Assembly: GCA_038206725.1 (NCBI GenBank)
Contig: JBBRAO010000004.1
Coordinates: 39,580-103,579 of the forward strand
DNA length: 64,000 nt
Direction of reading: 5' to 3'
Source: Candidatus Kapaibacterium sp.
Lineage (GTDB): Bacteria; Bacteroidota; Ignavibacteria; Kapaibacteriales; UBA2268
The notes below the pieces were generated by a model. That model was given only the letters and a program-made list of their open reading frames with translations, did no database searches and was not told the origin of the DNA. Every line of letters starts with the position of its first letter. Position 1 is the first letter of the stretch. Both the position numbers and the translations under genes were made by a program. Shown here piece by piece: positions 9,070 through 19,152 of the stretch.

Positions 9070-11511
9070 ATGAAATCTCTACTATCTTTATCATTAATGA
9101 TAATTATATTAACTTCACATCTTTTTGCTAATAAAGATGTAAAGATCCAGGATTCTTGGTCGAAGTATTTTTCGAAGGATCCAAGTTTAAGTTCTTGCAC
9201 AAAAGGTGATTTGCTCGAATCTGAAAAACAACTTATATTGAATAAAGTCAATTCAATTCGCGCCCTACACAACCTTAAACCCGTTACTTATGAAACATCG
9301 TTTGATGCACCTGCTTCAGAAGCGGCTTTAATGATGGCAAAGAACGATCAATTAAATCACCAACCTCCAAATTCGTGGGGTTGTTGGTCACAAACCGGTT
9401 ATGATGGTGCTGAACACACAAATTTGTATATTTCTTGGCATTCTCCGTCTCAACCACCTAAAACAGAAGCTTCGATTGTCAATTGGATGATTGATAACTT
9501 TTCAGATAGAGTTGGTCATAGACGTTGGATTATCGATCCTTTTTTGAAGAAAATCGCTATTGGAAGAGCTGATGGATTATCTGCTAAAAATCAAGGAATG
9601 GGAGTTTGCGGAATGGCTTTATATGTAATTGACGATGACAAACAGGATATTTCTGATTGGCAGGTAAATTATGTAGGTTATCCTTATCAATACTATTCTC
9701 CTGAATATGTTTTTTATAATGATGGTGGAACTATAAAATGGCATTATTTGTCATTTACCTTCGTTGGGGACAAATACAATTATTGGAATAATCAAAACGT
9801 TGATTATTCAGCCGCTACAGTTACTATGACCGATGAAAATGGAAAAAACATTCCAATTTCAACAACATTTTTTGATAATGAAGGTTATGGCGTACCAAAT
9901 TGTTTAAAATGGATGCCGACCGAACTTAATACCGAAGTGAAATATACAGTAAGAATTGCAGGTGTAAAATATGGTGGACAACTGAGTAATTTTGAATATT
10001 GGTTCAAATTAACAAATAATATATATAGTACGCCACCTGCAGTACTGACTCAAGTTGCTCCTCTAAACAATGCACAAAATGTTCCTACAAATACTGCGAT
10101 TTCTTGGTTACAAAATAATAATGCTACAAGATATCATTTACAAATTTCCAAAAAATCCGATATGTCGAATCCTATTGTGAATAATCAAGATCTAACTACT
10201 TATGGTTATCAACCAACTTCCGGTTTAGAAAACAACGTTACATATTATTGGAAAGTTCGCGGATGGAATGATGCCGGATTTGGTACTTGGTCAATGGTAT
10301 GGTCGTTTAAAACCGGTGCATCCGCACCTAATAAACCTGTTTTATTAACACCACCGGACGGTGACTTACAAGCAGGTTTGAAACCATTACTCACTTGGGA
10401 AGCTCAAGGCTTGGCTGAATCTTACGATGTGATGGCATCGGAAACAATTGGTTTTGACGGATGGAATGTAAAAGTCTCTGAGACGGTCACAGAACCTCAA
10501 TATCAATCACTTTCCGGCGACTTTGACTTAGACACTAAGTATTTTTGGAAAGTTCGTGCAAGCAATTCCAGCGGTAAAAGTGATTGGTCAAATATATGGA
10601 CATTTACTACCGGTACAGCTATCAAAGCGGATGTAACATTAATTTCACCTGCAAACTCTAGTACTAATATGACACTTGTTCCATTAATGAAATGGAATGC
10701 TGTTCAAAATGCTTCTAGTTATGATCTTCAGATATCGGAAGGTGATCAATTTACCGGCTCATCTATTAAGGTTATTAAAACAAAAATGAGTCAAACAGAA
10801 TACCAAGTTTTAGAGAAAACTCTTTCAGCTAATGTAGAATATGCGTGGAGAGTTAGAGCTTATATTGAAGATGCTACCGGACCTTGGTCAACAGTATGGC
10901 ATTTTACAACTATGAAGGATGTTGATAAAGTACCTCTATTGGTTGCTCCTTTAGATTCAGCAATTAACGTCCCTAAAAACCAAGAATTTTCTTGGGGACC
11001 TATCGAAAATGCAATTAGTTATGAACTTCAAGTTGCTAAACGCGAGTCTTTCGTTGGTCAATATTTGCGGATTGACGAAGTGGGTTTGACCGATAGAGTT
11101 TTTGCGGCAACAACTCAATTAGAAGATTCAGTTGTTTATTGGTGGCGTGTAAGAGCAAAAATAAATAATATAACAACTTATCCTTGGTCATACCCAAGAA
11201 TATTCTCAACTTATGATAAATTTCCAAAACAATCTGTAATGGATAAGGTTTCCAGCGTTGAAATTAACGTTTATCCAAACCCTGCTGTACAAATGATAAC
11301 ATTTGATATGAAATTAGTAAATACTGATAATATTACAATTATTATTTTCGACGAAGCCGGTAAGATAGTAAAAACACCACAAAAAGGTGTACTATATGCA
11401 GGTGCAAATAGAATTAGCTTTAGCGTAAACGATTTAGCGAGTGGAAATTATAATTACTGTATTTTTGCCGGAGACGGTTATAAATACGGAAAATTTATTG
11501 TAAATAAATAA
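9070..11511 (+). CDS. secreted CAP/SCP (PR-1-like) domain protein with fibronectin-III-like repeats and T9SS C-terminal sorting domain
   Basis: Signal peptide. CAP-like segment (LILNKVNSIRALHNLKPVTYE...GHRRWIIDPFLKKIAIG). At least four repeats of the type YYWKVRGWNDAGFGTWS / YFWKVRASNSSGKSDWS / YAWRVRAYIEDATGPWS / YWWRVRAK. C-terminal INVYPNPAV...GNYNYCIFAGDGYKYGKFIVNK resembles a T9SS CTD. Confidence 0.55.
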   Translation: MKSLLSLSLMIIILTSHLFANKDVKIQDSWSKYFSKDPSLSSCTKGDLLESEKQLILNKVNSIRALHNLKPVTYETSFDAPASEAALMMAKNDQLNHQPPNSWGCWSQTGYDGAEHTNLYISWHSPSQPPKTEASIVNWMIDNFSDRVGHRRWIIDPFLKKIAIGRADGLSAKNQGMGVCGMALYVIDDDKQDISDWQVNYVGYPYQYYSPEYVFYNDGGTIKWHYLSFTFVGDKYNYWNNQNVDYSAATVTMTDENGKNIPISTTFFDNEGYGVPNCLKWMPTELNTEVKYTVRIAGVKYGGQLSNFEYWFKLTNNIYSTPPAVLTQVAPLNNAQNVPTNTAISWLQNNNATRYHLQISKKSDMSNPIVNNQDLTTYGYQPTSGLENNVTYYWKVRGWNDAGFGTWSMVWSFKTGASAPNKPVLLTPPDGDLQAGLKPLLTWEAQGLAESYDVMASETIGFDGWNVKVSETVTEPQYQSLSGDFDLDTKYFWKVRASNSSGKSDWSNIWTFTTGTAIKADVTLISPANSSTNMTLVPLMKWNAVQNASSYDLQISEGDQFTGSSIKVIKTKMSQTEYQVLEKTLSANVEYAWRVRAYIEDATGPWSTVWHFTTMKDVDKVPLLVAPLDSAINVPKNQEFSWGPIENAISYELQVAKRESFVGQYLRIDEVGLTDRVFAATTQLEDSVVYWWRVRAKINNITTYPWSYPRIFSTYDKFPKQSVMDKVSSVEINVYPNPAVQMITFDMKLVNTDNITIIIFDEAGKIVKTPQKGVLYAGANRISFSVNDLASGNYNYCIFAGDGYKYGKFIVNK

Positions 11512-11529
11512 GTTATTAAAAACAAACAT

Positions 11530-11570
11530 TAGGGTTATTGTGATTCATTTATCGCAATAACCCTATTTAT
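11530..11570 (+). terminator. rho-independent terminator hairpin
   Basis: TAGGGTTATTG-(14 nt loop)-CAATAACCCTA then TTTATT, 19 nt after stop of 9070-11511. Confidence 0.45.
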
Positions 11571-11582
11571 TGGAATAAAATT

Positions 11583-12221
11583 ATGAGCGAAAACATTTCG
11601 GATATAAGAAGAGATTATAAAAAGTATTCATTAACTCGTCATTCCTTAGACAAAAACCCATTTAACTTTTTCAAAAAATGGCTTGAACAAGCAATTGAAC
11701 AGGATTTTTATGACCCAACATCATTTGCACTTTCAACAGTAGGGGAGAATGGAAGACCTTCATCTCGAATGTTGTTGTTAAAAGGCTATGATGAAAATGG
11801 TTTTGTATTTTACACAAACTACAAAGGTAGAAAAGGATTGGAAATAGAAAACAATCCGTTTGCAAGTATGCTTTTTTTCTGGGATAAATACGAACGTCAG
11901 ATCAGGATTGAAGGGAAAATCGAGAAATTATCGAAAGAAGATTCCGAAAAGTATTTTGTTACGAGACCATATACAAGTAAAATTGGAGCTTGGGCATCGA
12001 AGCAAAGTAAAATACTTACGAGTAGGGGACATCTTCTAAAAGAAGCCGCTATGTATATGGTGAAATATCCATTAAACGTTCCGCTTCCTGATACTTGGGG
12101 TGGTTACCGATTAATTCCGGATGAATTTGAATTTTGGCAGGGCAGAGAAAGCAGAATGCACGATAGATTCAAATATACTTTAGCTAATGATATATGGGTA
12201 ATTAATCGTTTGTTTCCATAG
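11583..12221 (+). CDS. pdxH: pyridoxamine 5'-phosphate oxidase
   Basis: 212 aa. RRDYKK...LSTVGENGRPSSRMLLLKGYDENGFVFYTNYKGRKGLEIENNPFASMLFFW...RIEGKIEKLS...FWQGRESRMHDR matches the PdxH family throughout. Confidence 0.85.
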   Translation: MSENISDIRRDYKKYSLTRHSLDKNPFNFFKKWLEQAIEQDFYDPTSFALSTVGENGRPSSRMLLLKGYDENGFVFYTNYKGRKGLEIENNPFASMLFFWDKYERQIRIEGKIEKLSKEDSEKYFVTRPYTSKIGAWASKQSKILTSRGHLLKEAAMYMVKYPLNVPLPDTWGGYRLIPDEFEFWQGRESRMHDRFKYTLANDIWVINRLFP

Positions 12222-12639
12222 GTTTATTTAGAATGTACTTCATTTTAACCATAGTTCCATTGTCGCAGTTGTATTTCACTTCATCCATCATTGAATGAAT
12301 AAGGAAAATCCCACGACCGCGACAATCGCAAAGATTGTCGTCACATTCGATTTTAGCAAAAGAAGCCTCAACATCGGGTAAATATCCATCTCCCTCGTCA
12401 CGAATTGTAATTTCGAGATAATCGTCATTCCCATAAATATCAAAATAAACATATTTGTTTTCGTTGAATTTATTTCCGTGTTCAGCAGCATTATTTATTG
12501 CTTCAACTGTACTCAAAAATATTTTGAAATATTGTTCTTCATCTATTTGCAAGACTCTTTTAAGGTCTTCCATTATTTTTTCGATATTTCTAACTATATT
12601 TTTTTCGCTGACAAACTTTTCAGATATCTTAAATTCCAT
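12202..12639 (-). CDS. HATPase_c anti-sigma-factor-like serine kinase (RsbW/SpoIIAB family)
   Basis: 145 aa. NAAEHGNKF N-box, IRDEGDGY and GRGIFLIHSMMDEVKY G-boxes typical of anti-sigma regulatory-factor kinases. 3' end overlaps pdxH by 20 nt (convergent). Confidence 0.55.
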   Translation of the reverse strand: MEFKISEKFVSEKNIVRNIEKIMEDLKRVLQIDEEQYFKIFLSTVEAINNAAEHGNKFNENKYVYFDIYGNDDYLEITIRDEGDGYLPDVEASFAKIECDDNLCDCRGRGIFLIHSMMDEVKYNCDNGTMVKMKYILNKPMETND

Positions 12640-12648
12640 TATTTTGCC

Positions 12649-14526
12649 TTATATTCGTGTTCTACATATTAACTTTATATTTGGTATATATCTACTTTTA
12701 TTATTTACGGTTTGTTTTTCGTACCAACCGGATAAATTCAAATCTGACTCTTTCAAAAATGACAAATTGATTTGTACCTGAGGACCGAATGAGAAATGTT
12801 CGTAAAGTTTCCCGTTAATTTTATTTTGCAGATCATTTCTTTGAAATCCATAAACCCTTATACCTGCACCAATAGTTATATCACTAAATACTTTTGTTAC
12901 TAAAATTTTATTTTCAAATTCAAAGTTACCAATTTGCGGTATCTCTGAAAATTCTTTCCAAAGTAAAATTCCATTTACAAAATAACGAATAAAATTGATT
13001 CCTTGCAAATGAATTGTTGGAGTCAGTTTAAATAGTATTGAATCACGATATGATATTTGTCGGAAACTATAGCTTCTTGCAGATGCTGAAGTACTCTCAT
13101 AATCATATATTGTGTAATTTGCTAAAACTTCAGTCGCAGGAGCGTATTCAAAATTTTTATATTTTAATCTAACAAAAGGGGAGAAGCGGATAATTCGGTT
13201 CTTATAGTTTTGGGAACTTCGTTGACTTTTTAAAAAAACTAAATGCTTAAAGCGTATTTCGCCAAGTAAACCCATTGATATATGAGCATTAACCTTTCGA
13301 TAATAATTAAGCAGAAAGATTTCATTTAATTCATCCTTATCATCATTATTTATGTTTTCCGGAGTGTCGTATCTATAAATCGAAATCAATCCATTCCAAG
13401 ATAAACTATCTTTATTTCCGATAAGCCAAAATCCATTTGATCCGATAGATGATGATAAAGCACTATTGTTTAGTGATGTTTCTTGTTTCTTGAGATTCTG
13501 ATATTCGTTATCTTCGATAGCAAAAAGTTTGTTTAAGCGATAATTCTCATTTCTATTGAAAACCTTTGCGTTTAAAACAGCTTTCAACTTTTTAACTGAA
13601 TATACTATATCTAAGTTTAAATCAATAAAAAAAGTGTTATTCACTCGTTCTAATGAAGAATAGGAGATAGGTTCATATTTCTGCATAAAAGAACGATTTA
13701 CGGAGCTGTTTGCAACCATTAACTTTGAGGATACAAAAAAGTTACTAGGTAATTTGAATTTCATAAACAAATTGGTTGCCAGATTATTTTCAAAACGATT
13801 TTCAATAAGGCTGGTGGTTGCATTTGAATAATAGGATATATAATCTTTATTCAAATAATTATATTCTAAATCGAATGATAAAATATCATTTTTAGAGTAA
13901 GTTCCTGTTATTTCACTTTTTAAGTTCAAGTCATTATTATTTCTTTTATCCCTCAATTGCACTGATTCATAGCAGAAGTTAGTTGCGATATTATACACAT
14001 CAGAAAGTTTTTCATCTATATCAGTATTAATACCATATACAATCCCGTTAGATTTCAATGTGTTCTGCTGATTGTATTCAAAACCGGATAATGCGGAGAT
14101 TTTTGAGTTTTTAAAGAAATCATACTGAAGACCGAGATTAGAATTTGCTCTTTGAAAAGTATTGTTATCGTTCTTTACATTGTCGGAGGTTAATTGCCAA
14201 TTATTAGTGAACAAGATTTTAAATTTTCCAATATCCTTCGACTGAAAATAAAGAGAGAAGATCTCTTGGTCACGAAAGTTTACGCTTTCGGTTTCAACAG
14301 CATCTCCTCTATAATTTTGAAATAAACCAATTTCTCCAATATTTGTTTTGAATGATTTACAAGCATCCATATTAAAATTATATATGTTCGAAATTTTATC
14401 GAAGCCATAATTCAAATATTCCGCATTAATATCATCATATTTATACTGGAAAAGTAATTCTGATTTTGTTTCATTGCTAATTACTACTAGCAGAACAAAA
14501 ATAATCATTATGATAGGTTTATTCAA
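12649..14526 (-). CDS. hypothetical secreted protein, Asn/Tyr/Ser-rich, possible outer-membrane beta-barrel
   Basis: 625 aa with signal peptide MNKPIIMIIFVLLVVISNE. Alternating aromatic/hydrophilic segments and C-terminal aromatic residue. No recognisable catalytic motif. Confidence 0.3.
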   Translation of the reverse strand: MNKPIIMIIFVLLVVISNETKSELLFQYKYDDINAEYLNYGFDKISNIYNFNMDACKSFKTNIGEIGLFQNYRGDAVETESVNFRDQEIFSLYFQSKDIGKFKILFTNNWQLTSDNVKNDNNTFQRANSNLGLQYDFFKNSKISALSGFEYNQQNTLKSNGIVYGINTDIDEKLSDVYNIATNFCYESVQLRDKRNNNDLNLKSEITGTYSKNDILSFDLEYNYLNKDYISYYSNATTSLIENRFENNLATNLFMKFKLPSNFFVSSKLMVANSSVNRSFMQKYEPISYSSLERVNNTFFIDLNLDIVYSVKKLKAVLNAKVFNRNENYRLNKLFAIEDNEYQNLKKQETSLNNSALSSSIGSNGFWLIGNKDSLSWNGLISIYRYDTPENINNDDKDELNEIFLLNYYRKVNAHISMGLLGEIRFKHLVFLKSQRSSQNYKNRIIRFSPFVRLKYKNFEYAPATEVLANYTIYDYESTSASARSYSFRQISYRDSILFKLTPTIHLQGINFIRYFVNGILLWKEFSEIPQIGNFEFENKILVTKVFSDITIGAGIRVYGFQRNDLQNKINGKLYEHFSFGPQVQINLSFLKESDLNLSGWYEKQTVNNKSRYIPNIKLICRTRI

Positions 14527-14530
14527 TACT

Positions 14531-15520
14531 CTATCTTACAGAAATTAGTTCCCAAATTGCATTTTTCAACATTTCAGTATTTTTATGTGCTACTGAAGAT
14601 ATGATGAAATGCTTGCTTTTTCCGGCGAAGTCGATATTCTTTAATTCTTCAATTCTAACATCGTCAATTGTATCGGATTTACTTATACAAATGATTTCAG
14701 GTTTCAGTAATAACTGTGGATTATATTTCTTAAGCTCATTTTTTAATATATTATAATCGTTTAGGTGATCTTCGGAATTACAGTCTATTAAATAAATCAG
14801 AACTTTAGTTCGTTCAATGTGCCTTAAGAATTGATGTCCAAGCCCTTTTCCATCGGAAGCTCCTTCAATCAATCCCGGTATATCGGCAATAACATACGAT
14901 TTATAGTCACCGACGCGAACTAATCCCAAGTTGGGTTGAAGAGTGGTGAATGGGTAATCCGCAATTTTTGGTTTAGCTGATGATAATACAGATATTAGTG
15001 TTGATTTACCTGCGTTTGGAAAACCAACAAGTCCTGCATCGGCTAACAATTTCAGTTCTAGAACTAAGTTGAATTCCGGTCCATCTAATCCGGGTTTTGC
15101 ATATCGAGGTGCTTGATTAGTAGCAGTTGCGAACATTGCATTACCAAATCCGCCATTACCGCCTCTTGCTATTACAAAAGTTTGATTATCCTCGTTCATA
15201 TCTGCAACAATCTCGTCTGTAGCTTCATCTTTGATAACAGTACCGACCGGTATTCGGATAGTAATACTTTCGCCATCTTTTCCCGAACAATCAGATTTCC
15301 CACCATTTTTACCATCGGTTGCAATGTATTGACGGTGATATCGGAAATCAAGTAGAGTATATAACTGTTTGTCGGTTGTGAATATTATATCGCCGCCTCG
15401 TCCGCCGTTTCCACCATCGGGACCACCCTTTGGAATGAATTTTTCAGTACGGAAACTCACGTGACCGTCGCCGCCTTTTCCGGCTTTGATATATATTTTT
15501 GCATAATCAATAAATTTCAT
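14531..15520 (-). CDS. obg: GTPase Obg
   Basis: N-terminal Gly-rich Obg fold (KGGDGHVSF...GGPDGGNGGRGGDIIF), then G1 GFPNAGKSTL and DIPGLIEGAS G3 region. 329 aa (no long C-terminal extension). Confidence 0.85.
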   Translation of the reverse strand: MKFIDYAKIYIKAGKGGDGHVSFRTEKFIPKGGPDGGNGGRGGDIIFTTDKQLYTLLDFRYHRQYIATDGKNGGKSDCSGKDGESITIRIPVGTVIKDEATDEIVADMNEDNQTFVIARGGNGGFGNAMFATATNQAPRYAKPGLDGPEFNLVLELKLLADAGLVGFPNAGKSTLISVLSSAKPKIADYPFTTLQPNLGLVRVGDYKSYVIADIPGLIEGASDGKGLGHQFLRHIERTKVLIYLIDCNSEDHLNDYNILKNELKKYNPQLLLKPEIICISKSDTIDDVRIEELKNIDFAGKSKHFIISSVAHKNTEMLKNAIWELISVR

Positions 15521-15561
15521 TTTATCTCAAATTTTACTTTATAAAATTACAATATACTAAA

Positions 15562-16956
15562 TTAAAAGATATTACCGTTACCAAATATGAAATTTGGATC
15601 AAATTTATTTTTTACATCTTTCATTTTATTTAATTTTTCTTGGTTAATCATCCGATTAAAATACTGATTTTTTAATTTTCCTATACCGTGTTCAGCGGAT
15701 ATTGTACCGTTTAAACTAATAGCATTTAAATTAATTGCATCTATTATTTTTTTTGCCAAAAGAACTTCGTTTTCACACTTGGGAATAAAATTGCAATGCA
15801 AGTGTGAATTTCCAATATGACCAAATGTATAAGATTCCAAATTGTTGTTTTTAACTAGATTGCAGATAAATCTATAATGTTCATCAAAGCAATCATCAGG
15901 TACCGCAGTATCGGATGCAATTTTGAAAGTATTAATTGAGGATATCTTCTCGTTAATATACTCAGGAATCGAATGACGCATATCTATGAATTTCCGTTTT
16001 GAAGCAGGATCAATAAAAGTGATTGTATCGGTAATCAGAGGGATTTGTTTTGATAAAAAATCATACCATAAGTCTAATAAATCATCAATTTCCTTGTTTG
16101 AACACTCTTGTTCTAACCATAAAGCACAATTAGCTTGCTCGGGAATATTTGGGATACCGCGGGATAAAAGCGTTAGTGACGCTTTATCGAAGTATTCTAT
16201 CAAACAGGGGTCTAGATAGGCAGGGGACTTATTTTCAATATTATTGAGATTTTTAATTACTTTTAAAGCTTCCAACATTTCATTATCATCTTCGAAGAAG
16301 ACCATAAACATTAACGAATTTTCCGGTTTATCGGTAAGCTTTATTTTAACATCTTCAATCACTCCTAAAGTTCCTTCGCTACCGAATAAGTACCCATAAT
16401 TGTTTTCCAAATTATAACCGGAGGCATTCTTTAGAGTGGTTTTAGTATTCGTATTATCAATGTTATAAGTATTCTTAATTAAAGCTTTGTCTATGCTCAA
16501 ACTGCATAGTGCAATCTGTTCAATATGATTGTAGATAGAACCATATTTATAGCTTTTGGCTCCTGAAGCATTAGTTGAGATATTACCGCCTATGGTTGCA
16601 TTTTTCTCTGTGGGGTCCACCGGCAAATAAAGTTCGAAAGGAGAGAGGTAGTTTTCGAGATCAATTAATGATATTCCACTTTGAACTAAAATTGTTTTAT
16701 TTCCCAAATCAAAATCTATGACTTTATTTAACTTCTCCATAGAAATTATAATACCGCCATCGGGAACCGATGATCCGGTCGTTGAAGTTCCTCCACCTCG
16801 GATAGTGATTTTTTCATTTATTTTTCCACATTCCTCAATTATTCTTTCAAGCTCATAGTAGCTTTCAGGAATGAATAATTCATCGGCAATCCCTTTATAA
16901 TTAGAGGCATCGCTTAAATAGGATATAAATTCATCACTGTTATTTTTAAATATCAT
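15562..16956 (-). CDS. FAD-binding (PCMH-type) oxidoreductase, GlcD/D-lactate dehydrogenase-like
   Basis: 464 aa. IRGGGTSTTGSSVPDGGIIISMEKLNKVIDFD...TILVQSG FAD-binding domain pattern. C-terminal ...AEHGIGKLK typical of FAD-linked oxidases. Confidence 0.5.
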   Translation of the reverse strand: MIFKNNSDEFISYLSDASNYKGIADELFIPESYYELERIIEECGKINEKITIRGGGTSTTGSSVPDGGIIISMEKLNKVIDFDLGNKTILVQSGISLIDLENYLSPFELYLPVDPTEKNATIGGNISTNASGAKSYKYGSIYNHIEQIALCSLSIDKALIKNTYNIDNTNTKTTLKNASGYNLENNYGYLFGSEGTLGVIEDVKIKLTDKPENSLMFMVFFEDDNEMLEALKVIKNLNNIENKSPAYLDPCLIEYFDKASLTLLSRGIPNIPEQANCALWLEQECSNKEIDDLLDLWYDFLSKQIPLITDTITFIDPASKRKFIDMRHSIPEYINEKISSINTFKIASDTAVPDDCFDEHYRFICNLVKNNNLESYTFGHIGNSHLHCNFIPKCENEVLLAKKIIDAINLNAISLNGTISAEHGIGKLKNQYFNRMINQEKLNKMKDVKNKFDPNFIFGNGNIF

Positions 16957-17082
16957 AAACTTAAATATTATTTTTTTTTAGTAGATTGTTTCCAAACTTT
17001 TATAAAAATTACTAAATTTGCACTTACAAATTTACAATATTGTTTTTAATCAATATTTTGAAATGTTATTTTTTGAGCAAAA

Positions 17083-18366
17083 ATGAAATTATTTTTCGAA
17101 AATATAAGAATCATAAACCCTGAACAACGTATAGATGGAATATTCAATTTACTGATTTACGATGGTATTATTGAGTATTTTGGTAATGAAGAACCAATTC
17201 TAGAAACGGATGTTCGAATAATCGATGGTAGTGAATTAGTTTGTACACCGGGCTTTTTCGATATGCACGTACATTTCCGTCAACCTGGTTTTGAGTATAA
17301 AGAAGATATTCAAACCGGTGCTGAAGCCGCCGCTAATGGGGGATTTACAGGTGTTTTGCAGATGCCCAATACGGATCCTTGTGTTGATAATATCAGTATT
17401 GTAAACTATTTAAAAGATGAAGTGAAGGGGAAAACGGTCGATGTACATTTTTCTGCCGCGATAACCCAGAGAAGACAAGGTCATATTTTAAATCCTATGG
17501 TGGAATTGTCTGAAGCAGGCGTTTTGCTTTTTACTGATGATGGTGGCTGTATTTCTTCAGCCGAAGTAATGAGAAATGTTTTCGAATATGCAAATGCAAA
17601 TGATTTATTAATTTCACAGCATTGTGAAGAAACGTCGCTTACAAAGGGCGCCTCAATGAATGAATCATTATTGTCGGAACAATTGGGTTTGAAGGGTTGG
17701 CCAAGTGCAGCAGAAGATATCATTATTGCACGAGATATAATACTTGCTGAATACTACGGAAATGCTCGTTATCACGTACAGCATTTATCAACTAAAGGCG
17801 CTGTGAGCTTAGTTAGACAAGCTAAATCAAGAGGTTTACGGGTTACCGCAGAAGTGACGCCACATCATTTCACGTTAACAGACCAATCATTAATGACATA
17901 CAACACAAATTATAAAATGAATCCACCTTTACGCAAGTTGGAAGATATCGAAGCAATAAAAAATGGACTAAAAGATGGTACAATTGATTGTATTGCTACC
18001 GATCACGCACCACATACTACTGAAGAAAAGAATGTTTCAATAGGAACGGCACCTTTTGGAATAATTGGCTTAGAAACATCGATAGGAGTGACTCTAACTA
18101 ATTTATATCATACTAAAGTTCTAACTTTAAATGATATTGTTATGAAAATGTCAATAAATCCACGAAAGATGTTAGGATTAAAACCAATTATTATTGAACA
18201 AGGCCGCACCGCAAATTTGACTTTTTTCGAACCAAATAGAAAATGGAATTATTCAAAAGAGAATTCAAAATCAAAATCGCAAAATTCACCGTTCGAAAAT
18301 TGCGAATTTATAGGAAAACCTTTTGGAATAATCAACAATAAACAATTTATAGAAACAGAGTTATAG
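17083..18366 (+). CDS. pyrC: dihydroorotase (cyclic amidohydrolase family)
   Basis: FFDMHVHFRQPGFEYKEDIQTGAEAAANGGFTGVLQMPNTDP, HQHL..., ATDHAPH: metal-binding His/Asp of the type-I multifunctional-complex-type dihydroorotase. Allantoinase/hydantoinase not excluded. Confidence 0.7.
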   Translation: MKLFFENIRIINPEQRIDGIFNLLIYDGIIEYFGNEEPILETDVRIIDGSELVCTPGFFDMHVHFRQPGFEYKEDIQTGAEAAANGGFTGVLQMPNTDPCVDNISIVNYLKDEVKGKTVDVHFSAAITQRRQGHILNPMVELSEAGVLLFTDDGGCISSAEVMRNVFEYANANDLLISQHCEETSLTKGASMNESLLSEQLGLKGWPSAAEDIIIARDIILAEYYGNARYHVQHLSTKGAVSLVRQAKSRGLRVTAEVTPHHFTLTDQSLMTYNTNYKMNPPLRKLEDIEAIKNGLKDGTIDCIATDHAPHTTEEKNVSIGTAPFGIIGLETSIGVTLTNLYHTKVLTLNDIVMKMSINPRKMLGLKPIIIEQGRTANLTFFEPNRKWNYSKENSKSKSQNSPFENCEFIGKPFGIINNKQFIETEL

Positions 18367-18462
18367 AAGATAGATTGATACAAATGAATATATGTTGTTT
18401 TGCAATATAATCTACATTATGTAAACTAAAATTTATATTCCCATACTCCCCAATAACTAATT

Positions 18463-19014
18463 ATGAATACTAAAACTAATCTGGAGTCATATATGAACAA
18501 TAAGAATTCTACTTATGTATTAGCTATAATACTGATTGTTATAGCTTCGCTTTCTCGATTAATTCCTCACCAAGAGAATTTTTCGCCTATCTTAGGAATA
18601 GCATTATTAGGAACAGCCTACTTGCAAAAAACTTGGTTAAAGTACCTTGTACCAATTGCTGTGATGTTTATTTCGGATATATTCCTGGGGTTACACTCAA
18701 CTATGCTATTTACTTATGGTTCAATAGCATTAATCGTTTGGATATCTTCATTTATCCTTCGAAAAGTTACATTTAGGACTGTGTTAAACAGTTCATTATT
18801 AGCTTCAATCATATTTTTTGTAGTAACAAATTTTGGATTTTGGCTAATGTCAGGACTATATAGCTTAGATTTCAATGGCTTAGTTCGTTGTTATGAATCA
18901 GCTATACCATTCTATCGTAATACTTTAACAAGTGCTTTGATTTCTACAGCAGTTTTATTTGGAGTTTACCAGGGTAGTTTAGCTTTAGTCCAGAAATTCG
19001 CATTGAGCAAATAA
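18463..19014 (+). CDS. small integral membrane protein (5-6 TM), unknown function
   Basis: Hydrophobic throughout. Alternative start ATG 18493 (MNNKNSTYVLAIILIV). Followed by terminator. Confidence 0.35.
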   Translation: MNTKTNLESYMNNKNSTYVLAIILIVIASLSRLIPHQENFSPILGIALLGTAYLQKTWLKYLVPIAVMFISDIFLGLHSTMLFTYGSIALIVWISSFILRKVTFRTVLNSSLLASIIFFVVTNFGFWLMSGLYSLDFNGLVRCYESAIPFYRNTLTSALISTAVLFGVYQGSLALVQKFALSK

Positions 19015-19020
19015 CTATAA

Positions 19021-19047
19021 AATCTCCCTTGGGAGATTTTTTTTTGT
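19021..19047 (+). terminator. rho-independent terminator
   Basis: AATCTCC-cttg-GGAGATT followed by TTTTTTTTT. Confidence 0.55.
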
Positions 19048-19152
19048 ATTATTCTTAACAAAAATCAAAAGAATTATTAATATTTCTTAATTTTTTGTTA
19101 ATTTTGTAGTTTATTTTGATTAAAATAATAATAATTATAAATAAGGGATGAA